Origin: Paramicrosporidium saccamoebae KSL3
Taxonomy: Eukaryota > Fungi > Cryptomycota
DNA: 8,956 nt
Assembly: GCA_002794465.1 (NCBI GenBank)
Contig: MTSL01000094.1
Span: 1 to 8,956, forward strand
Direction: 5' to 3'
Below are positions 1 to 7,500 of the stretch, in pieces. Position numbers and translations under genes: made by a program. Below the pieces are notes generated by a model. That model made no database searches. It worked only from the letters and a program-made list of their open reading frames with translations, and was not told the DNA's origin. Positions within the stretch are counted from its first letter, which is position 1. Each line of letters begins with the position of its first letter.

Positions 1-294
1 TCAAAATTGCCTCCAGATGTCGCCCAACGGTATTGTCTGTTATTGGATCCAATGCTGGCGACGGGTGGGTCGGCCATCAAAGCCATTGATGTCCTTCTCC
101 AGCACGGCGTGAATCCGGGAAGAATTGTCTTTGTGAACCTCGTTGCGTCTCCTGAGGGATTATTGGCGATCCATAAAAAGTTTCCAACGGTGCAGGTGGT
201 GACGGCAACAATCGATGAGGGTCTGGATGACAAAAAGTACATTGTTCCTGGACTCGGTGATTTCGGATGTCGTTACTTTGGAACTGATAAATAA
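1..294 (+). CDS. FUR1: Uracil phosphoribosyltransferase, C-terminal part (5' end outside window)
   Basis: Frame is open from base 1 (SKLPPDV...). It carries the PRPP-binding motif LLLDPMLATGGSA and the UPRT C-terminal signature YIVPGLGDFGCRYFG; stop TAA at 292-294. Confidence 0.95.
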   Translation, partial: SKLPPDVAQRYCLLLDPMLATGGSAIKAIDVLLQHGVNPGRIVFVNLVASPEGLLAIHKKFPTVQVVTATIDEGLDDKKYIVPGLGDFGCRYFGTDK

Positions 295-376
295 ACCCAC
301 ACCTTAGCACATCGATGATATGAACCCTAACATTAAATTCAGCATGTTATTATTGCAGTTGGATAGGGTGCAATCC

Positions 377-432
377 CTCAGGCGTGGGTTCTATTCACTC
401 AAGCATGGGCCACAACCCGCTCAGGCGTGGGT
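377..432. repeat. Three-copy 13-mer direct repeat, period 21-22 bp
   Basis: CTCAGGCGTGGGT at 377-389 and 420-432 (identical); CTCAAGCATGGGC at 398-410 (3 transitions). Confidence 0.8.
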
Positions 433-469
433 CAACACACCAGGTGCGGATCACATTCTATAGTATCAT

Positions 470-1427
470 ATGAGAAAGATTGCCGTGCTGTTTCCGGGAC
501 AGGGAAGCCAGTCCGTGGGAATGCTAAAGGCTGTGCTACAAAAGAGTGAGGGAGCGAGAGAACTAGCACGGCGAGCAAACATGTTGCTGGGATACTCCTT
601 GACAGAGCTAATTTCATGTGGACCTGAACTACGGCTGGCCAAAACGGAATACACTCAGCCTGCTGTCGTGTTGGCATCATTGTGTCAATGGGAATTCATA
701 AAGGAGAGCAGTGTCGTGCCCAAGGAAGCGAAACTGATAATGGCTGGAAATTCTATCGGAGAGTATTCGGCGTTGGCGGCTGCTGGGTGGATGGGCTTTG
801 ACTTGGCTATGGAATTGGCAGTACCGATTACGTTGATTTACATAATGTTAGGCACTACGGGGGAGGATCATGGCCGAATGCGAGGGAGGAGTGATGACAG
901 TGGTTAATCTCGAGACTGCAAGTGACTTGGCCTCGGTGACGGAGAGGCTCAACAGCGATAGGGATCCATCACTGGCAGGAATCTCAGCCGTCAATTCTTC
1001 TGTCCAACTGGTGATATCTGGAGAGGCAGTGGAAATTGGACGGTTGGAGACGATTCTTAAAAGCAATCCCAAGGTAAAAAGTATTCGGAGGATCCGGAAT
1101 GTAAGTTGCGCTTTCCATTCGCCTCTCATAAAGTCAGCCAGCGAAAAGTTTCATAGAGACGCAATGCATCTGCTCAAAAAGATTCAGGCTAACAAAGACG
1201 TTCCAGTTATCAGCAATCTAACGGCCCAATTTCACACTCAGGAAACAATTGCAGATTCGTTGACGAGACAAATATCGGGAACAGTCCGATGGAATGATAC
1301 GGTGCAGCTCCTCAATAGGATGGGCGTCTCTGCAATCCTGTCGATCGGGCCAGGTAATGTCATTCAGAATCTTATAGAAAGAGATCCATCAGTCACTATT
1401 CCCTTAATACACTCTGGTCAACCCTAA
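470..1427 (+). CDS. MCT1: Malonyl-CoA:ACP transacylase (FabD/MCT1 family), join(470..820,852..1427), 308 aa
   Basis: N-terminal LFPGQGSQ, TEYTQPA, nucleophile elbow GNSIGEY, AFHS, and C-terminal V-RW and GPGNV motifs. Removing intron 821-851 joins ORFs 470 and 870 and yields MELA|ALRGRIM, matching the conserved FabD RG-xM segment. Confidence 0.92.
821..851 (+). other. Spliceosomal intron in MCT1, 31 nt, phase 0
   Basis: GTACCG...CATAATGTTAG; excision restores the frame and the conserved Arg motif. Confidence 0.9.
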
Positions 1428-1510
1428 TTCTACTTCTGATGGACTATTTCGGTCATTAGCATTGCCATTAGATATGTCGCGTAGTGGGGATAATACCACG
1501 GCCCAGTGTA

Positions 1511-1568
1511 GGCGAGAAGAGACGAGATGGGACGAGAAGAGAAGAGAAGAGAAAAGAAGAGAAGAGAG
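1511..1568. repeat. (GAGAA)n microsatellite / polypurine tract
   Basis: 1534-1568 is 35 nt of pure purine: GAGAA x4, AAGAA, GAGAA, GAGAG. It is preceded by related 10-nt units (GGCGAGAAGA, GACGAGATGG). Confidence 0.9.
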
Positions 1569-1848
1569 TTTATTCAGTCAATCCAACGACCCTTTTATAG
1601 TCACAAATCACATAACTCTCAAATGGTAAAGATCTCATTATCCTTCATCGATTGTCCTGATTATCCCTTCTCCATACTAGGGAACTATTTTCAAAAGCCA
1701 AGCTAATCGGTTTTCTACGTCACAGATATACTCTCTCATAACTATAACTCCAGGCCGATCATTAGGCTCCCTACGTCCATCCAGTCACAACTGAGCTCCT
1801 CACATCCACCCGGCCAATAAGAAAAGAGTTAATTTCCCCAGAGGTGCA

Positions 1849-3442
1849 ATGGGATTGTTTTCATCCGAGATAGAAAGTCTTATTGTCGAAGCCACCTCTG
1901 AATACCTTCCGGCCGCGCAGGAGGACCTTGGAAAGAATTTAGAAATTTGCGACCTCATCAAGAGCCGCCAAGTGCCCTCCAAGACGGCCATGCGAGCCCT
2001 CAAGGATCGTCTCCATCATCGGAACCCCAATGTCCAACTCCTCGCCCTTTCCGTACGCCCATTGATTAGTTGTAATATGCAGATAGTTGACCGACACGTG
2101 TGTTAAAAACACGGGAACCGTCTTCCTCCGGGAATTGGCATCTCGCGAATTTGTCGACGTCATCGTCGAGTTGTGTCGAGAGGGAGAATTTGCAGTGGCA
2201 AAGAAAAGTCGGGACCTGCTGCAGCAATGGGCGCAGCTATTGGGCGGAGAAGAAGGATTGCAGTACATGCGCGCTGCTTATGAACAATCTAAGCGCGAAG
2301 GAATTGAGTACCCACCGGCCCCACGCGCCATTCCCGCGTCCATTGTGACGACGGAAGCGCCACCCGAGTGGACCGACAGTGCGGTATGTGTGCGATGCAA
2401 CGTGCAATTCGGCATTATGTTGCGGAAACACCACTGCAGACGATGCGGAAAGACCTTTTGTCAAGACTGTTCGGGGAAGGAAATTGCTCTGCCCGAATTG
2501 GGATTGTATGATGAAGTGCGTGTTTGCGAAAGCTGTTTCGCAGACAAGTTTACTGAACGGACTAGCACGAGAGGATCAAAGGATAACATTCCACAGCCCG
2601 GATCTGCAAACCCTCCAGATGGTACATACGAGGATGACATGGAAAAGGCCATTAGACTTAGTTTGCAGGAAACACAGCTGCCTAGGCCAGTAGCGGCAGC
2701 CAGGCCCAAAGAAGATGCCTATGATGAAGACGCAGCATTAGCGGCTGCCATTGCAGCATCGTTGCAAGAAACTCGACCAGAAGTTCGGAATGAAATTCGG
2801 ACCGAAATTCGGAATGGAAGTCAGAATGAAAGTCGGGATGAAACTCACCCATCATCTCCTGCCATCTACTCAACTGTTCCCAACTCTGCGCCATCCTATG
2901 CACCAATCCAACCACCCGTTACGCCAGTAATGTTAATCACACCAATTGAGAGGGAAAATGTGCAATTGTTTTCGGAGCTTCTGAACCGAATGGGTCCACA
3001 GGATGAAGAATTGGGTGAGCCGCAATTCTTACAACTCGCAAACAACATGATCCAGCTGCGGGACCGTCTGCAAGCAGCCCTGTCCCGTGCCGACTGTCCT
3101 GCCGACGTATCTCGCATCACTTCCATCCTCGATACTGCCCTGCTCATCTATGAGCGTCTCTCAGCCGAATCATACAGTCCACCTAATCTGGCCACCCTTC
3201 CTACGGCTCCCCACAGCGAGACGGGCTCCATTACTTACGTCGACACTAGTAAGCCCAGTGCCCCATTGGCCCAGCCGCCGCCAGCCGAGGTGGTTCCAGT
3301 ACTGCGTCCCCTGCCGATGAGGAGGAAGGAGGAGGATGTCATGCTGATTCCCGATTTGGATGTAGAGGATATGCCCCAACCCGAGCCACGGGAGGATCCC
3401 TTAGCAGAACTGGTTGATGACGCACCGCTTATTCAATTGTAA
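1849..3442 (+). CDS. VPS27: ESCRT-0 subunit Vps27/Hrs, join(1849..2052,2087..3442), 519 aa
   Basis: VHS domain (ATSEYLP, NPNVQLLALS|LTDTCVKN, EFVD); FYVE finger (W-D, CxxC, RKHHCRRCG, VRVCESC; about 2369-2543); two UIMs (EDDMEKAIRLSLQE, EDAALAAAIAASLQE); GAT-like helix (ERENVQLFSELL); C-terminal clathrin-box-like LIQL. Confidence 0.95.
2053..2086 (+). other. Spliceosomal intron in VPS27, 34 nt, phase 0
   Basis: GTACGC...TGTAATATGCAGATAG; only the TAG acceptor at 2084-2086 gives an open frame and the VHS motif LLALS|LTDTCVKN. Confidence 0.88.
2768..2851 (+). repeat. Coding 12-nt minisatellite inside VPS27 (7 degenerate units)
   Basis: GAAACTCGACCA GAAGTTCGGAAT GAAATTCGGACC GAAATTCGGAAT GGAAGTCAGAAT GAAAGTCGGGAT GAAACTCACCCA, encoding ETRP EVRN EIRT EIRN GSQN ESRD ETHP. 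Confidence 0.8.
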
Positions 3443-3700
3443 ATAAACGAGAACTGCTTGATTTATTGTCACTAGGTTGTGTAGAGCGGGAGTTTTCCGA
3501 GGGCGTAAATCAATAACAGGCTGCTGATTACTTTTACTATTGCCATTGGATCCGATGCAAACAACGTGAATGAGCGAGAACTGCTTAATCTTTCTGAAGG
3601 CATGAATAAATAAATGTCCCTTGATTGCCTTTTTACTATTCTATTGCCGTTGGATTAAATGCAAACAGCGCAAATGAACAAGAACTGCTTGATTTATTTC
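3439..3700. repeat. Degenerate direct repeats in the convergent VPS27/PRE10 spacer (two long copies, one partial)
   Basis: 3538-3589 vs 3642-3693: 42/52 identical, ungapped, offset 104. 3439-3467 vs 3670-3698: 26/29 identical. The shared core AGAACTGCTT occurs at 3450, 3577 and 3681. Confidence 0.9.
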
Positions 3701-3718
3701 CATTAGATTACATGCGGA

Positions 3719-4533
3719 TTAGTCATAGTCCATACGGGCGGCGAGGTTCTCTTTGGCAACACGGATGGCCGCCTCCAGCACCTCCTTGGGCACAATCTGA
3801 TGTTGGTTATTCGACTCGGGTCCAATCCAACTCATCTCCAACTCAAAATCCTTGTCCTTGGCCGGGTCATGCGCCAAATAGATGATTTTGGCGGCCTCCA
3901 CGACGGCCTGGGACACGGTCATGCTGTCCAGGTCGAGTTTTTCAATTTCCGTCTTGGCCGTCTGTCGTCCCTTTCCTGCAGCACACCCGCGATATCCCCA
4001 ACACACGCCCGACGGCTCAACCATGTAAAGATGGGAGCCATCCTCATCCACCGCAGCCATCAGCAAATTGCCACAGAATGGCCTCACACTGCCATAGAGC
4101 GTATAGGCCTGCACATACATGGCCAGGCGGTCGGCAAGCATTGGTCCTGGGATGCCAGTGGCAAAGTTTTCCCGATGGGAGGCAGATTCCTCACGGGCCC
4201 GCAGAGCGAGAGCACGACAATCGGCTGCCAGTCCAGCACCGACGACACCGGCATGCAACTCGACGGTATGGATGCGTCGGTTTGCTCCGGCCTTGAGAAG
4301 ACGCGAATGAATTGGTTTTTCTACCGCCAGAACAACGCCGTCCTTGACCTTGAGTCCAATGGTGGTTCTACACATTATGGCCCATTCTGTGAATACCCCG
4401 AGTTTTCAACAGCCTTGGAGGCATATTCGACCTGAAAGATGCGTCCATCGGGCGAAAAGGTGGTGGTGCTCAAGTCGTACTACAGAGAATGACAAAGGTT
4501 GAATGGAAGTACTCCTGCGCCAATGGATGCCAT
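3719..4533 (-). CDS. PRE10: 20S proteasome alpha-7 subunit (PSMA3/Pre10), complement(join(3719..4367,4397..4479,4513..4533)), 250 aa
   Basis: The spliced N-terminus MASIGAG|[28 protein letters not shown]|[17 protein letters not shown] is the alpha-7 signature; also [26 protein letters not shown] and [11 protein letters not shown]. Confidence 0.96.
4368..4396 (-). other. PRE10 intron 2, 29 nt, phase 2
   Basis: GTATTCACAGAATGGGCCATAATGTGTAG on the minus strand; excision gives ENSG|TTIG. Confidence 0.92.
4480..4512 (-). other. PRE10 intron 1, 33 nt, phase 0
   Basis: GTACTTCCATTCAACCTTTGTCATTCTCTGTAG on the minus strand; excision gives SIGAG|YDLS. Confidence 0.92.
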
Positions 4534-4562
4534 ATTGTGGGAGGACGGGGGTGGCAAGGACT
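4534..4562. promoter_or_regulatory. 29-bp spacer between divergent PRE10 and TAF2 start codons; contains PACE-like GGTGGCAAG (4550-4558)
   Basis: ATTGTGGGAGGACGGGGGTGGCAAGGACT lies between CAT (4531-4533) and ATG (4563-4565). The motif matches the Rpn4 site GGTGGCAAA at 8/9. Regulatory function is inferred. Confidence 0.55.
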
Positions 4563-7500
4563 ATGGAGGAGCCCGCAGATATCATACGACAAGATCCTCG
4601 CGGATACTTTCCACGTACCCTTTGTTATAAGGAATAACACATAGTTCATCAAAGGGTCACTTTGCGCATCCACCCGGTCGAGAAAGGGGTCAGTGCCGTC
4701 TCGGATATCCGCATTCAATGCACTGACAGCAGTCTGACCACCCTAAGTCTGCACGCACGTTGCATTGATATACAGACGGTTAGCATAGACGGAAATGCGG
4801 CCGAATATACTTTGGAAAGGGTCGCTTTGGACACGTTGGTCCCTGAGGGAGTGACCGTCGGCGCACCAAGCGAGCTCATCCAGTATCCCAACCGTCTTCG
4901 CCAGGAAATCTTGAATTCTCGGGACCGGAGTGAACTCAAAGTCACCCTTCCAACTGTCCGGGCTGGGGAGGAGATTGTCCTGCGGATTGAATATGAGATG
5001 AAGCTGTCCTTTTTGGCACGCATGGATGGCGAGGAGACGAGGTATTTCCAGGTGCATGCGACTGGGATGGACGGAATGGGTCGACATTGGCTTCCGTGTT
5101 TCGAAGACGATCCCATTCTGTGGGACTTTGAGTACCGCATCAGCACGGATAAAATTCCGTCCTTGTTAGCCACCCAGAACATCCATGTGGCCAGTTCCGG
5201 AGCGCTTTGTCAACAATTTTTTCTTCCCGAGGAGAATACCAAAGTGCTGCAATTCAAGCTTGATGTGCTTACTCCCCCGAGAAATGTGGGCTTTGTTGCA
5301 GGTATTTTTGAGATGGTGCGGGTGCCAGCAGCGCCTTTTGCAGCGGCCTTTTGTCCGCTGGGCATGGCAGCCAAACTGACACTGTCAGTAGAGTTTCTGT
5401 CTCGCGCCTTTGGATACATTAATTGGTATCTGACCACCACATTTCCATATCCATCGTATTACTGCGTGTTCCTGCGCGAGGCCTTTGCCGCATCTGAATC
5501 GGCCTCGGTGGCTAATATCTCTCTGTTCAGCACATTGGCCTTATTCAACAATACCATTATCGATCAGACCCTAAAGACTCGTAGTCTCATCAGTGCTGCT
5601 CTTGCCGAGCAATACTTTGGTGTTCGTCTGAGGGCCGAGGGGAGCGCCAGTCGATGGCTAACCCAAGGAATCAGTGGATTCCTGGCACGACACATGTTGC
5701 GTATCTTTCACGGAAACAATGATTTCCGTTATAATTTGAAAAAGGCCATGGCAACGCTACTTGCAGTTGACACGGGACACGGTCCGATTGTTGACGCTCC
5801 CGATGTATTTGCTAATCCCGCCGACGAAGATTGGCTGAGACTAAAGTCCTGTCTAACAATGATTGTGTTTGAGCATCGTTTGGAAAAGGGCGCTTTGCAA
5901 AAGGTCAGCGCTTCTTGTCCACTAATTGGTTAGATTTTGGCCCATATTTGGAGCGAGTTTCTTGAGGATCGACTGCCAGGTGGAGTGTTAGGAACGGGCG
6001 TCTTCTTGAAGTTGGCCAAGAAGATTAGCGGAAAGGATATGCGATCCTTTGCGGACCAATGGATCTTTTCAGCGGGATGTCCAGTGTTCAGTTGCACATT
6101 CTCCTTCAACCGTAAACGGTCGACCATTGAAGTGGATGTGAAGCAGTCCACTCCCAACCATCCACAACGAAAAGTGGCTGGCACATTGCTCATCCGCGTC
6201 CACGAGGTCGACGGAGTCTTTGACCATTCAGTGCACATTGACGACTTTTCGCATCATTTCGAGCTCCCAGTTCATGCCAAAGCCAAGAAGATTAAAAAGA
6301 AAAAGCGTCTACTGATGCCAGATCAGCCTGAGCCTGCAGTAGACACTAAGGAAGAGGAGGAAGACACGTTTGTGTCGCCGTTGTCATGGATCCGACTTGA
6401 CCCGGAGATGGAATGGATTGCGTCATTGGAGCTGCATCAGCCCGACTTTATGCTCGTGGAGCAGCTGCAAAACGACCGGGACGTGATTGCCCAACACGAG
6501 GCCATTGAGAGTCTGTGTCGTCAGCCCTCTGATACGGTGATTGAAGCATTGGAACGGATTCTGAATGATCCCAAATGTTTCTATCGGATCCGTATTGAGG
6601 CGGCGGAGGGATTGGCCGGATGTGCTCCCAACCCGGAAACCCATTTGGGAGGACTCAAGTTGATCTCTTTCTATAACAAAGGCTTTGCACTGCAATCACT
6701 GGAGACGGTGGTGGTGCCGGTGCCCAAGACTAACAACTTTGAGGCGCTGCAGAGCTATTTTATCCAATCCTCCTTGGCGGGGGCAATGGCCAAGATCCGC
6801 ACCAAGAACGGTACGTTAATGGAGCTGGTGGGTCAGATTCTACTGAATATGCTGCGTTTCAATGACAATGCGGGGAACATGTACAGCGACAATTACTATG
6901 TCGTCTCGCTGTTACGGGCTATGTTGGAGCATCTGCGGGTGCGACGTGAGACTGATTTGCCCACTGAACGGTTACTACGCGAATTTGTCAAAGAGTTGGA
7001 CCGCTACGCCATTGTGGAAAAGATTCAGCCATACTATCACAATACGGTAATGGTTACCATCCTGGATGTATGGCGTGAATTGCGACTAATGGGAATGACC
7101 CATTCCACAGCCATTGTCTGTCCCGAAGTCTTACTGAAGGAGGGAAATTTTGTAAGTGTTCGTCTGGCTGCGCTGGAATATCTGCTGAGTACAGAAGAGT
7201 TGCTGTCCGACTCGATCTGCGAGTCTCTACAGAGTTTATTGACGGGCAATCGAGGGATCCGGGCTGCAACGCTGGACAGGCTGCTTCGAATAACACCAAA
7301 GTCCATTTCCTGTCGCACCGACTTTAACGCCAAAAAGGAGTTCCTGCTTGATCTGCTTAGTCAGATGGATCTGGCCTATGTTTCGCAGAGCGTGCAATAT
7401 CTATACTTTGTGGGACGACTCATTGAAACGGCGACGTTGGACCGTCCGACTGAGAGCGGACGTATTTCGTTGCGGATTGCGCTGCCTGTTGAACACGAAC

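Noticed and set aside
326-332. ACCCTAA telomere-like unit (also at 1421-1427)
   Set aside because: Single isolated copies are expected by chance; the second is simply the end of MCT1.
352-400. tRNA-like fragments (CAGTTGGATAG resembling a D-loop, GGTTCTATTC resembling a T-loop/B-box)
   Set aside because: The spacing is about 10 nt too short for an anticodon arm, no acceptor stem is evident and the B-box has mismatches.
1101-1133. Perfect GTAAGT donor followed 33 nt later by AAG inside MCT1, a possible in-frame intron
   Set aside because: Excision would delete VSCAFHSPLIK, including the catalytic His; AAG is a weak acceptor unlike the TAG of the real introns.
1455-1467. ATTAGCATTGCC resembling U6 snRNA (ATTAGCATGGCC)
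   Set aside because: The adjacent ACAGAGA box and the rest of U6 are absent.
377-3700. CRISPR-like or mobile-element reading of the spaced repeats
   Set aside because: The context is eukaryotic with introns; repeats are few and degenerate, with no uniform spacers, cas or transposase genes, terminal inverted repeats or target-site duplications.
3625-3885. 86-aa plus-strand ORF whose repeat part (LNANSANEQELLDL) recalls a helix-hairpin-helix start
   Set aside because: It lacks the PGIG turn, differences between repeat copies are mostly non-synonymous in this frame, and the remainder is antisense to PRE10.
4155-4163. AGTGGCAAA, a second PACE-like sequence
   Set aside because: It lies deep in the PRE10 coding sequence and is explained by codons.
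3800-4435. 211-aa plus-strand ORF and other long opposite-strand or alternative-frame ORFs in the track
   Set aside because: These are shadow ORFs over well-supported genes, with no recognisable motifs.
5589-5621. Degenerate M1-peptidase zinc motif (SAALAEQYFG instead of HELAHQWFG)
   Set aside because: Loss of HEXXH is the known state of TAF2 and supports the TAF2 call rather than novelty.
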